The position numbers were made by a program, and so were the translations under genes. DNA of 51,200 nt from Nitrospinales bacterium (GTDB lineage: Bacteria; Nitrospinota; Nitrospinia; Nitrospinales; JAJDAT01), in NCBI GenBank assembly GCA_046757665.1, contig JBHHYO010000011.1, positions 1-51,200 on the forward strand. The letters run 5' to 3'. The first letter of the stretch is position 1. Every line of letters begins with the position of its first letter. Shown in pieces: positions 28,288 to 37,690 of the stretch. The notes below the pieces were generated by a model. It ran no database searches, was not told where the DNA came from, and was given only the letters and a program-made list of their open reading frames with translations.

Positions 28288-30366
28288 CTAGGACTCGCGC
28301 AGGGAGGCGTCCAGCTTTCCGCGCAAAGCTTCCACAATGCGGTCGAACACCGGGTTGACCTCTTCATCGGTGAGGGTTCTTTCCGGCGACTGGAAGACCA
28401 GCGCAAAGGTCAGGCTCTTCTTGCCCTTCGGCAATTTCTTGCCCTCAAAATGATCGTACAGTTCCACCCGGCGGATGATGGGCTTGCCGGTTTCGGCGAT
28501 CAGGTCGCCGGCGGTTTTCGCGGCCACGGTTTTATCCACCAGGATGGAAATGTCGCGGTAGGTTTCCGGATACTTGGGGATGGGAGCAAAGCGAACGCCG
28601 TCGGGCAACAGCGCAACCATGCGGTCGAAATCGATTTCAAACACGCAGATTTTCGCTCCGGCGCCCCACACCGCCACTTGCTTTGAATTAATCTCGCCCA
28701 GCACCCCGATGCGCTCTCCGCCGAGCAAACAGTCGACGCGCTTGCCGGGCGCCAGAAAGGGCGCATCGTTTTTGCGGTATTCAAGGGTCAGCTTGAATTG
28801 CGCCAGGACCGTTTCCAGCGCGCCCTTGAGGTCGTAAAAATCGTATTGCCCGCCCTGCCGTTTCCAGACGTCGTTTTCGTAACCGCCATGCGCCAGGGCG
28901 GCACAGCTTGTCATTTCGCGGCGCTCGTCCGGTTCCTGAAGAAACACATGCCCCAGCTCGAAAATCTTGACGGGCGTCTGCCCCTTGCTCACATTGCGCG
29001 CGGCGGTTTTGAGCAGGCCGGGCAGAAGACTGCCGCGCATCGTTCCCATGTCCGCGCTGAGAGGATTGCTCAGGGCAATGGCGGCGGTTTCCGCGGAACC
29101 GAAAACGGCCTTGAACGTTTCAGCCGCGGCTTCCTCGATAAAACTGTAATTAACGACTTCCGAGTATCCCAGATGGCTTAACGTTTCTTTTGCCTTGCGG
29201 GCGGCGGCGCGGCCCGGTTGCGGGCTGACCGGGCTGACCGCGGCCCGCGGACGGCCCGCCGGAATGTTGTCGAATCCGTGCAGGCGGGCGATCTCCTCGA
29301 TCAGGTCAATCTCCCGCGTCAGGACGGGCCGGTAATGCGGAACGACGACGAGAAACTCCTCGGCGCTCCGTTCGCGCACCGTCAAGCCCAGCCGGATCAG
29401 CAAATCCTCGACCACGCCGGGTTGCGGCGCCACGCCCAGCATCTTGCGCAACCGCGCCATTCGCAAGCGGATGACTTGCCGGTCACGCGGCTTGGGGTAA
29501 ATGTCGATCCTGCCTTTGCAGAGGGTTCCCCCGGCCAGGTCGCGGATCAGTTGGGCGGCCCGGCTCTGCGCGTCGATCACCCCGTCAATATCCACCCGGC
29601 GCTCGAAGCGGTAGGAGGAGTCCGTGCGCAGACCGTATTTCTTCGATGTCCGGCGCACCGAGACGGGATCGAAAAAAGCGCTTTCCAGGGCGACGGTGCG
29701 GGTGGCGTCGGTGACTTCGCTGTTGGCGCCGCCCATGACGCCCGCCAGCGCCACCGGCTTCTCGGCGTCGGCGATCACCAGGGTTTCCGGGTCCAGCTTC
29801 AATTGACTGCCCGTGAGGCTTGCGAACGGTTCGCCCTGCGCGGCGCGGCGAACGACGATTTCGGCTCCGGCCAGGCGGTCGTAATCGAACGCATGAAGCG
29901 GCTGGCCGTATTCCATCAACACGAAATTGGTGATATCGACGATATTGTTGATCGGCCGCAGACCGACGGCGCACAGCCGGTCCCGCAACCATTGCGGCGA
30001 CGGACCGGGAGATACATTCTCAATCACCATGGCGGCGTAACGCGGGCACAGCTCCGGCGCGTCGTTGGTGACCTTGATCCGCTCGCCGATGGGAACGCCG
30101 CCGTTTTGCGGTAACGCAACGTCGGGCAGGCGCACCGTCTTGTTCAACAGCGCCGCCACCTCCCGCGCCGCGCCGAGATAACTCAGGCAGTAGCCGCGGT
30201 TGGGCGTCACGTTCAACTCCATGACCTCGGTCCTGCCGCCGTCGGGCAGATCGACCCACTCCACCCCTTCCACCTCCAGACCGCACATGGACAGGCGCGC
30301 CCCCACCTCCTCGGTGGAAAGATCGAAATCGACGTATTGTTTTAACCAGTCCAACTGGATGAGCAT
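28288..30366 (-). CDS. pheT: Phenylalanine--tRNA ligase beta subunit, short form (692 aa)
   Basis: LNVTPNRGYCLS, INNIVDITNFVLMEYGQPLHAFD, REIDLIEEIARLHG, C-terminal FDX-ACB (RDISILV, GKKSLTF, RTLTDEEV); start ATG 30366. Confidence 0.95.
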   Translation of the reverse strand: MLIQLDWLKQYVDFDLSTEEVGARLSMCGLEVEGVEWVDLPDGGRTEVMELNVTPNRGYCLSYLGAAREVAALLNKTVRLPDVALPQNGGVPIGERIKVTNDAPELCPRYAAMVIENVSPGPSPQWLRDRLCAVGLRPINNIVDITNFVLMEYGQPLHAFDYDRLAGAEIVVRRAAQGEPFASLTGSQLKLDPETLVIADAEKPVALAGVMGGANSEVTDATRTVALESAFFDPVSVRRTSKKYGLRTDSSYRFERRVDIDGVIDAQSRAAQLIRDLAGGTLCKGRIDIYPKPRDRQVIRLRMARLRKMLGVAPQPGVVEDLLIRLGLTVRERSAEEFLVVVPHYRPVLTREIDLIEEIARLHGFDNIPAGRPRAAVSPVSPQPGRAAARKAKETLSHLGYSEVVNYSFIEEAAAETFKAVFGSAETAAIALSNPLSADMGTMRGSLLPGLLKTAARNVSKGQTPVKIFELGHVFLQEPDERREMTSCAALAHGGYENDVWKRQGGQYDFYDLKGALETVLAQFKLTLEYRKNDAPFLAPGKRVDCLLGGERIGVLGEINSKQVAVWGAGAKICVFEIDFDRMVALLPDGVRFAPIPKYPETYRDISILVDKTVAAKTAGDLIAETGKPIIRRVELYDHFEGKKLPKGKKSLTFALVFQSPERTLTDEEVNPVFDRIVEALRGKLDASLRES

Positions 30367-30508
30367 TCGGCGGGCCTCGCGACAAACGGTTAACCAAGGG
30401 AAAGCAATTATATGAAAACCATCGGGAAAAAGCAAAGCGGGCTTGGTTGAATCGTATCCCGATTTCAGTTATAACCCTATAGAGTCTAACCTGAAAACTA
30501 TTCAAGAA

Positions 30509-32230
30509 ATGCTCACAAAACTCATTGTCAAAAATTTCAAGCGGTTTGAGACGGCGGAAGTAGAACTGGGAAATCCCGTGGTGTTCATCGGTCCCAACAA
30601 TTCAGGCAAAACCACCGCCTTGCAGGCCTTGGCGCTTTGGGAAACAGGGTTAAAACGATGGAACGAAAAGCGTAAAGGAGAAAAAAGCCTAGGCAAGCGA
30701 CCAGGGATAACCATGAATCGCCGCGATTTAGTGGCCCTTCCGGTTCCGAATGCCAAGCTTCTTTGGCAAAACCTTCATGTAAGGGACTCTGGTCAAGTCA
30801 ATGGAAAATCGGAAACAACAAATGTAAGAATAGACATTATTGTCGAAGGCGTAACGGAATCCGAACAATGGAAATGCGGCCTCGAATTCGATTACGCCAA
30901 CCCGGAATCTTTATACTGCCGCCCCTTACGCCTTTCGGAAGAAAAGGGAAGCAACCGGATGCCCATTCCCAAGCTGGCGGAACAGGTTAAATTGGCATTC
31001 CTTCCTCCCATGTCCGGATTGGCATCAAACGAAACACGCCTTGACTCCGGCGCTATTGATGTCCGCATCGGTGAAGGCCGGACCGCCGAGGTGCTTCGAA
31101 ACCTTTGCTATAATATTTGCGACAAAGACAAAAAGCTCTGGGAAAAACTCAGAAAACGGATCGACGACTGTTTCGGAGTTTCCCTGAACGAGCCAAGATA
31201 CATTCAGGAGCGAGGCGAATTTGAGATGAGCTACAAGGAAGGTGGTATTCCGCTCGACCTGTCATCCGCCGGAACGGGGTTGCAACAAACCCTTTTACTT
31301 CTTTCTTATATGTATTCCAATCCGGGAGCCGTTTTGCTTCTGGACGAACCTGACGCTCATTTGGAAATTCTTCGTCAGCGGGAAATCTATCGACTCTTAA
31401 ACGATGGGGCGCGGGAAAATGAAAATCAAATAATCATAGCAAGCCATTCCGAGGTATTGCTCAACGAAGCCGCGGGCAAGGAAGTCGTCGTGGCCTTTGT
31501 GGGCAAACCGCACCGCATCAACGACAAGGGAAGCCAGGTTCTTAAATCTCTCAACGAGATTGGATGGGAGCAGTATTATCAAGCGGAACAAAGAGGCTGG
31601 GTGCTTTACCTGGAAGGCTCCACGGATTTGACCATTCTGCAAACCTTTGCCGAAAACCTGGATCACAAGCAAGCAATGAAAGCCCTAGAAAAAGCCTTTG
31701 TACACTATGTGGGCAATCAACCAAACGAAGTTAATAGACACTTTTATGGGTTGAAGGAGGCTATTCCGGATTTAAAGGGAATAGCTATCTTTGATAGGCT
31801 TGCCCAAGAACCTCAAAGCCTTCCTGAACGTCAAATACTTATGTGGAAGCGTCGGGAAATCGAGAATTACCTTTGCAATACGGAAAGCTTGGACGCATAC
31901 GCTGAAAATACCGCCTTGGAGGATGCCGGACCACTTTTCGCTAGTGAACGGGTAAATACCATGCGTAGTGCCATCAAGGAAGTGGAGCAAGCCATGAAAA
32001 CTCTCGGGAAAGGCTCTCCCTGGGATGCAAACACCAAGGTCAGCGATGATTTTCTGGAACCTCTGTTCGAAACATATTTTCAAAAATTGGACCTTCCCAA
32101 CCTGATGAGGAAGAAAAGTTTTCACGAATTGGCCCGTTTCGTTCCCACGGAAAAAATCGATACTGAAATAACGGAGAAGCTGGACGCCATTGTGAGAGTT
32201 TGCGAAAGCGCGCGTCCCGCCGACTTTTGA
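30509..32230 (+). CDS. ABC/AAA_21-type ATPase with C-terminal TOPRIM-like domain (OLD-like ATP-dependent nuclease)
   Basis: VKNFKRF, Walker A GPNNSGKT, LSSAGTG signature, Walker B LLLDEPDAHL, ASHS; then YLEGSTD, IFDR, REIENYL. Confidence 0.8.
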   Translation: MLTKLIVKNFKRFETAEVELGNPVVFIGPNNSGKTTALQALALWETGLKRWNEKRKGEKSLGKRPGITMNRRDLVALPVPNAKLLWQNLHVRDSGQVNGKSETTNVRIDIIVEGVTESEQWKCGLEFDYANPESLYCRPLRLSEEKGSNRMPIPKLAEQVKLAFLPPMSGLASNETRLDSGAIDVRIGEGRTAEVLRNLCYNICDKDKKLWEKLRKRIDDCFGVSLNEPRYIQERGEFEMSYKEGGIPLDLSSAGTGLQQTLLLLSYMYSNPGAVLLLDEPDAHLEILRQREIYRLLNDGARENENQIIIASHSEVLLNEAAGKEVVVAFVGKPHRINDKGSQVLKSLNEIGWEQYYQAEQRGWVLYLEGSTDLTILQTFAENLDHKQAMKALEKAFVHYVGNQPNEVNRHFYGLKEAIPDLKGIAIFDRLAQEPQSLPERQILMWKRREIENYLCNTESLDAYAENTALEDAGPLFASERVNTMRSAIKEVEQAMKTLGKGSPWDANTKVSDDFLEPLFETYFQKLDLPNLMRKKSFHELARFVPTEKIDTEITEKLDAIVRVCESARPADF

Positions 32231-32294
32231 ACCTTTCCCTTCGTCTCCAAATTAGCAATAATCTCCGGGAACCTTCTTCCATCCCACCAAATTT

Positions 32295-34406
32295 ATGACC
32301 CTCTCGGAAAGCGTCATTTTAAAACTTCTGCGGGAAAAGACCGGCCGGCCGATGAAGATGTCGGAGTTGATGAAGCTGTTCTCCGTGCCCGACGACCGGC
32401 GGCGCGAGTTTCGCGCCCTGCTCAAGGAAATGACCGCCGAGGGCGCGCTGGTCAAAATCCGCGGTGGCCGCTACGGCCTGCCGGACGAGATGAACCTGGT
32501 CTCCGGCGTCCTCGAGGGCCATCCCAACGGTTTCGGTTTTCTGCGCTCGGACCTGCCGGACGACATTTATATCGGCAGAACCCGCATGGGCGGCGCCATG
32601 CACGGCGACCGGGTAATGGTGCGCGTCGAGTCGCAGAGCCGGTTTGACGACCGGCCGGAAGGCAAGGTCATCCGCATTCTGGAACGCAAAACCACCACTC
32701 TGGTCGGGATTTATGAAATTTTCGAGAAACAGGGCTGGGTTGTGCCGTCGGAGCCGAAATGTTTCCACGATGTGTTCATCGCCGCCGAGCACCGCAACAA
32801 AGCCAAACACGGGCAAGTGGTCTGTGTCGAAATCACCACCTATCCGGACCGGCACCATCCGCCCGCCGGACGGGTCGTCGAAGTGCTGGGCGACGCCAAC
32901 GACCCTGAAGTTGAGGTTCAGTTTATTATACGCAACCATGGAATTTTGCGGGATTTTCCATACGAAGTTACCCGCGAGGCCAAACGGTTGCCCAAGGTCA
33001 TCGACGCGGCGGAGCGCAAGCTGAGAACGGACTTGACCGACCAGTTGATTTTCACCATCGACGGCGAAAAGGCCAAGGATTTCGACGACGCCGTTTCCAT
33101 CGAGAAAACCCGGTCGGGTTTTCTTCTGGGGGTGCATATCGCCGATGTCAGCCATTTCGTGGAGGCGGACTCGGCGCTCGACCGTGAGGCCTTCGAACGC
33201 GGCACCAGCGTGTATTTTCCCGACGACGTGATTCCCATGCTCCCCTTCGAGCTGTCCCATGAAATTTGCAGTCTCAAGCCGAACGAGGAACGGCTGGCGG
33301 TCAGCGTGCTGATGGAAATCGACCGGTCGGGCGAGGTTCTGGGTTACGAGATTTTCAATTCGATCATCAAAAGCCAGCGGCGGCTGACCTACAGGCAAAC
33401 GGCGCGGTTTCTGGAGGATGGCGGCGCGGACGGTGAGTGCAACGACGTCCTGCCCGCCCTGCGGCTGATGCGCGACCTCAGCCGCATCCTGCGCAAGCGG
33501 CGCATCCGCGCCGGCAGTGTCGATTTCAACATCCCGGAACCGGAAATCCGCCTCGACGACCGGGGCAACGTGGCGGGCATCGACGTTGCCGAGCACAATA
33601 TCGCCCATGAGATTATCGAGGAGTTCATGCTGTCGGCCAACCGCGTGGTCGCCGAGGACCTGGCGTCGCTGGAAATTCCCTCGATTCACCGCACCCACGA
33701 GCCGCCGGACGCCGACAAGCTGGAAGCGTTCAACGAGTTTATCAAGGGATTCGGCTTGAAGCTGTCGAATGTCCGCGACCCGCATCCCTCCGACCTGCAG
33801 AAACTGATCAAAAAAGTCCGGGGCGCCGCCCACGAGCGGGTGGTGAACACGCTCCTTCTGCGTTCCCTGAAAAAGGCGGTGTACTCCGAGAAAGACCCCG
33901 GCCACTTTTGCCTGGCGTTTGAGCATTACACCCATTTCACCTCGCCCATCCGACGCTACCCGGATTTGATAACGCACCGCATCCTGAAAACCACGCTCAA
34001 ACGCAAAATCAGCGGTCGGGAGCGGCGGGCGTTGCGGCCCCTGGTCGCGCAGTGCGCCGAGCAATCGACGCAAATGGAAATCCGCGCCATGAAGGTGGAA
34101 CGGCAAATCAACGACTTGCGGCGGGCGCAATTCATGGCGGACAAGGTCGGCAAAACGTACGGCGGCGTCATCACCACCGTAACGGCGTTCGGATTTTTCG
34201 TCGAGTTAAAGGAAATTTTTGTGGAGGGACTGGTGCATGTTTCCAGCTTGACCGACGACTATTACCTGTACCAGGAAACCGAACATCAATGGCGGGGCAA
34301 CCACAAGGGCGTCACCTACCGGATCGGCGACACGGTCAAGGTGCGCGTCTCCAAGGTCGATCTCGCCCTGCGCCGGATTGATTTTATCCTGGTCAAAAAG
34401 CGCTGA
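32295..34406 (+). CDS. rnr: Ribonuclease R
   Basis: Cold-shock domains (GFGFL, AMHGDRV), TIDGEKAKDFDDA, HFTSPIRRYPDL, C-terminal S1. Confidence 0.96.
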   Translation: MTLSESVILKLLREKTGRPMKMSELMKLFSVPDDRRREFRALLKEMTAEGALVKIRGGRYGLPDEMNLVSGVLEGHPNGFGFLRSDLPDDIYIGRTRMGGAMHGDRVMVRVESQSRFDDRPEGKVIRILERKTTTLVGIYEIFEKQGWVVPSEPKCFHDVFIAAEHRNKAKHGQVVCVEITTYPDRHHPPAGRVVEVLGDANDPEVEVQFIIRNHGILRDFPYEVTREAKRLPKVIDAAERKLRTDLTDQLIFTIDGEKAKDFDDAVSIEKTRSGFLLGVHIADVSHFVEADSALDREAFERGTSVYFPDDVIPMLPFELSHEICSLKPNEERLAVSVLMEIDRSGEVLGYEIFNSIIKSQRRLTYRQTARFLEDGGADGECNDVLPALRLMRDLSRILRKRRIRAGSVDFNIPEPEIRLDDRGNVAGIDVAEHNIAHEIIEEFMLSANRVVAEDLASLEIPSIHRTHEPPDADKLEAFNEFIKGFGLKLSNVRDPHPSDLQKLIKKVRGAAHERVVNTLLLRSLKKAVYSEKDPGHFCLAFEHYTHFTSPIRRYPDLITHRILKTTLKRKISGRERRALRPLVAQCAEQSTQMEIRAMKVERQINDLRRAQFMADKVGKTYGGVITTVTAFGFFVELKEIFVEGLVHVSSLTDDYYLYQETEHQWRGNHKGVTYRIGDTVKVRVSKVDLALRRIDFILVKKR

Positions 34407-34548
34407 CGGTCCGCGGCGGGCCGGCAAACTGCACGCACCTCCCCCCTCTTGTCCTTTAAGCGACCAAATCCAAAGAGTTTGCATCGGCGCATACCTGCAC
34501 TTCGCGATATATATAAGGGACAAAAAACGGAGACCGGGAAAGGCTTTG

Positions 34549-34820
34549 AACCGCGAAGGCGCGGAGGACGCGAAGAAAAATCCCTCCTTCCTTGAAGCGG
34601 GCTTTCATAAGCCGAGATTCTTCACTGCCTCGGCGTCATCGCGAGCCGCCGCCGGCGGCGTGGCGATCCAGCCGGGCCACGCCCGGTGTGAATGGCTCCT
34701 TTCTGGATTGCTTCGGCTACCGCCTCGCAATGACGATCGAACAAGTACGCTTATGCGAGAGTCTTCTTCAAGGAGGAGGTTTTGGGGGTTTTTCTCTGTG
34801 TCTCTGTGACTCCGCGGTGA
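34549..34820. repeat. Nested palindromic intergenic element
   Basis: Inner inverted repeat CGTCATCGCGAG(34634)...CTCGCAATGACG(34735) with internal GCGATCCAG/CTGGATTGC pairing. It is flanked by imperfect inverted 8-9-bp-periodic arms AACCGCGAAGGCGCGGAGGACGCGAAG and CTCTGTGTCTCTGTGACTCCGCGGTG. Confidence 0.65.
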
Positions 34821-35097
34821 TTTCGGCATTGTAAATTTTAATCTTCAAAACGCGGGCTTCGGCATGGGAAAATATGTAACAAAAATATCTTTTAATATCA
34901 TTATGTTAAGAATAAATAGTTAAACCTTTTTCCAGCATGGTTTTTTCGCGAAAATCGTTCATTTTTTACCTGACGGGAGAGTTGTAAAGTGCGTTGCGGT
35001 GCAAGGGGTTACTGGTTTAACAGGCTGACGTTTCGACTATTTCGTTCCTCGTTTTTCAAAAATTTTTTTTTCTGCAAAAACCGGCGGAGTCAGGTGT

Positions 35098-35208
35098 TGT
35101 CATGGTTCGACAGGCTCACCATGACAGGAATGCGGGCGGGGTCGGTCAGGCGCTGTCATGGCTCGACAGAGCCTGTCCTGAGCTTGTCGAAGGAGGCTCA
35201 TCATGACG
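35098..35208. repeat. Two REP-like palindromes (family copies B and C; C carries a 26-bp insert)
   Basis: TGTCATGGT-TCGACAGGCTC-ACCATGACA (35098-35126) and TGTCATGGCTCGAC[26 bp]AGGCTCATCATGACG (35154-35208). Confidence 0.75.
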
Positions 35209-35327
35209 GTAGCGACAATTTTTGCGGTATTGCATGAGATCATCTCCCCTCCCGGTCGAGGTTCCTCTTGTGAGGGGTTTTTGCGGATGATAAGATGTTG
35301 GCAAACGTCGAGTCAAAAATTTTCGCC

Positions 35328-36059
35328 ATGACACAGCAAACTCTGGAGCAATCAGCGACATTTCCCAAGCAGATTCAGGCCATGTTCGGGGCCATCGCGC
35401 CGCAATACGATTTTCTGAACGGGCTGTTGAGTTTCGGCAGGGATCGCTATTGGAGAAAAGCGGCGGTGGATTTGCTGGCCCCCAGGCCGGGCGAGCGGAT
35501 TCTGGACGTGGCGACGGGGACCGCCGACGTGGCCCTGGAAATCGCTTGCCGGGACCTTGACGACATCCGGGTGATCGGCGTGGATTTCAGTTTCAAAATG
35601 TTGCAACTGGCGCGCCGGAAAATTCGCGGCAAGCGGCTGGACCGCTTCATCAGCCTGCAGGCGGGCGACGGCGAGAACCTGCCGTTTCCCGACAACCGTT
35701 TCCATGGCGTTACGTCGGCATTTGGAATCCGCAATTTCAACGATATCGAAAAGGGATTGAGCGAAAAGTGGCGGGTGCTGAAACCGGGCGGCAAGGTGGT
35801 GATCGCCGAGTTTTCCCTTCCCAAAAGCTTTATCTTCAGATTCGTTTATCTGTTTTATTTCGGTCTGGCGCTTCCCTTGATCGGACGGCTCATCTCCGGC
35901 CACTCCGTGGCCTACAGCTACCTGCCGGAATCCGTTGCGGAGTTTCCCCGGCAGGCGGAATTTGCGCGGATCATGGAAAAATGCGGTTTCAAGGACGTTG
36001 CCTACCGGGACCTGACTTGCGGAATCACCACGATCTACACGGGTTGCAAGGATGCGTAA
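35328..36059 (+). CDS. ubiE: Demethylmenaquinone methyltransferase UbiE/MenG
   Basis: MFGAIAPQYDFLN, LDVATGTAD, FGIRN, RVLKPGG, AYSYLPESV. Confidence 0.93.
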   Translation: MTQQTLEQSATFPKQIQAMFGAIAPQYDFLNGLLSFGRDRYWRKAAVDLLAPRPGERILDVATGTADVALEIACRDLDDIRVIGVDFSFKMLQLARRKIRGKRLDRFISLQAGDGENLPFPDNRFHGVTSAFGIRNFNDIEKGLSEKWRVLKPGGKVVIAEFSLPKSFIFRFVYLFYFGLALPLIGRLISGHSVAYSYLPESVAEFPRQAEFARIMEKCGFKDVAYRDLTCGITTIYTGCKDA

Positions 36060-37221
36060 ACCTTTTTCAAGAAGCAAACGAAACATCGTTGTTTCGCTGT
36101 TCGGACTGCTGGTCGTGGGGAGCTTGCTGTTGCTGGAGGACAGGAGCTTGCGGCCCCCGCCTTCTCCACCGCAAACTCCGGCGCCATCGCCCTTTGCGAA
36201 CAATCCGGAATACCAGGCCATGCGGTCTCTTCAGGAGGCTTTTGTCCGCAATGCCAAAAACCTCCGGCCCACCGTTGTCAGCATTAGAAGCCTGAAAAAA
36301 ATTCGCGCGGCGTTCCACGAGCCCGATCAGCGGCAATCCAAATCGTGGTTTTTGGCATTGAAACGGTGGTTGCAAAACCGGCTAAGCCAGAGGTACCGGG
36401 TGGAACATATCGGTTCCGGACTGATTTTGAATCAAAAGGGCTACATTCTGACGAACTGGCATCTTCTCAAGGATGCCGACCGCCTGCGGGTCAAACTGTT
36501 CGAGGGCGAGGAATTCGCGGCCGACATCGTCGGCTTCGATTCGTTGACGGATCTGGCGGTATTAAAGATATTCACGTTCAAAAGACTGCCGACGGCGCCG
36601 CTTGGCCGGTCGAAAAATATCGATGTCGGAGAATGGGTCATGGCTATCGGCAATCCCTATGGGCTGGACGGTACGGTGAGCGTCGGCGTGATAAGCGGTA
36701 AAAACCTGACGTACCCGGATAATCCGGGTTTCGATGGTTTGATCAAGACGGACGCGGCCCTCAACCCCGGAGGCAGTGGAGGACCTCTTGTTAACGTCCA
36801 AGGGGAAATCGTCGGCATCAATTCCGTTCATTCCGACCTGGATGCAGAATGGAAATTTACCATTCCCATTGAAACGGCCATTCGGATCAGCGACCAGTTG
36901 ATCCGCCATGGGAAGGTGAAGCGCGGCTGGCTGGGGATCGGCATTCAATCCTTGACGCCGGAGCTGGCCTCTTCTTTCAACCTGTCCGGTTATCGCGGCG
37001 GGGTGCTTGTCAATACCGTCGAGAGCAAGGCTCCGGCGGAGCATGGGGGCCTGAGACAAGGGGACATCATCGTCCAGTTCGACGGCAAACCCGTGTCGCA
37101 TCCCCAGACATTGCAAAAGTGGGTTGCGGAAAGCCGGGTCGGCAAGAACGTGCCCGTCGGTATCATCCGCAACGGCAACGAAAAAACCCTGCATATCATC
37201 GTCGGCAGGCTGGACTCTTAA
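36052..37221 (+). CDS. HtrA/DegQ-like trypsin serine protease with one PDZ domain
   Basis: N-terminal TM, GSGLI, LTNWH, DLAVLK, AIGNPYG, TDAALNPGGSGGPL, RGWLGI PDZ. Confidence 0.9.
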   Translation: MRKPFSRSKRNIVVSLFGLLVVGSLLLLEDRSLRPPPSPPQTPAPSPFANNPEYQAMRSLQEAFVRNAKNLRPTVVSIRSLKKIRAAFHEPDQRQSKSWFLALKRWLQNRLSQRYRVEHIGSGLILNQKGYILTNWHLLKDADRLRVKLFEGEEFAADIVGFDSLTDLAVLKIFTFKRLPTAPLGRSKNIDVGEWVMAIGNPYGLDGTVSVGVISGKNLTYPDNPGFDGLIKTDAALNPGGSGGPLVNVQGEIVGINSVHSDLDAEWKFTIPIETAIRISDQLIRHGKVKRGWLGIGIQSLTPELASSFNLSGYRGGVLVNTVESKAPAEHGGLRQGDIIVQFDGKPVSHPQTLQKWVAESRVGKNVPVGIIRNGNEKTLHIIVGRLDS

Positions 37222-37279
37222 CACAGGCCGGGACCGGGGGATGCGGATTCATTCTCCCCTGCCCCGCCGGGTTCCGCCG

Positions 37280-37489
37280 TTAATTTGCAACTTCGTAGCC
37301 GGCCTTGGTGATTTTTGCGGAAATTTCCGCCAGGCCGACCTGGCTGTCGTCGAAATCCACCGAGACCTGTTTGTTTTCCAGGCTGACGACAACCTTCTCG
37401 ACGCCCGCCAGTTCCGACAACGCTTTTTGCACGGTCTGGACGCAATGGTCGCAACTCATTCCCTCGACGCTGATGACTTTGCTGATCAT
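37280..37489 (-). CDS. copZ: Heavy-metal-associated (HMA) copper chaperone
   Basis: VEGMSCDHCV...AGYEV, 69 aa. Confidence 0.88.
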   Translation of the reverse strand: MISKVISVEGMSCDHCVQTVQKALSELAGVEKVVVSLENKQVSVDFDDSQVGLAEISAKITKAGYEVAN

Positions 37490-37690
37490 GGATTTTCACT
37501 TTCGCTAAAGGTTGCACCTTGTTTCAATTTTCATTTTACTCCCCGGCCTCCGGCCCTTCAAGTCGGAATAGCCGGAAACTATTTTGTTCCGGCGCGCCGG
37601 GAAAAAATCGGCATTCGCGCCGCAAAAAAATTATAAAACGCTCAAGATTTTTGGGCGGTTTTCCGTAGAAAATAGGAGAGTGCCGGCTCA

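Noticed and set aside
32319-34130. 603-aa antisense ORF opposite rnr (also long antisense ORFs opposite plsX, mqnE, pheT, the HD-GYP gene and ubiE)
   Set aside because: Shadow ORFs expected from GC-rich codon bias; no recognisable motifs, and they fully overlap confident genes
34420-34470. c-di-GMP-I riboswitch suggested by GGCAAAC
   Set aside because: The following GNRA-capped stem and second conserved stem are not present
35098-35208. CRISPR array
   Set aside because: Only two degenerate palindromic copies, one interrupted; no regular repeat-spacer period and no cas genes
34378-35361. Short ORFs in the rnr-ubiE gap
   Set aside because: They are translations of palindromic repeats (e.g. 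LSLSK, FDRLTMT) without RBS or protein-like composition
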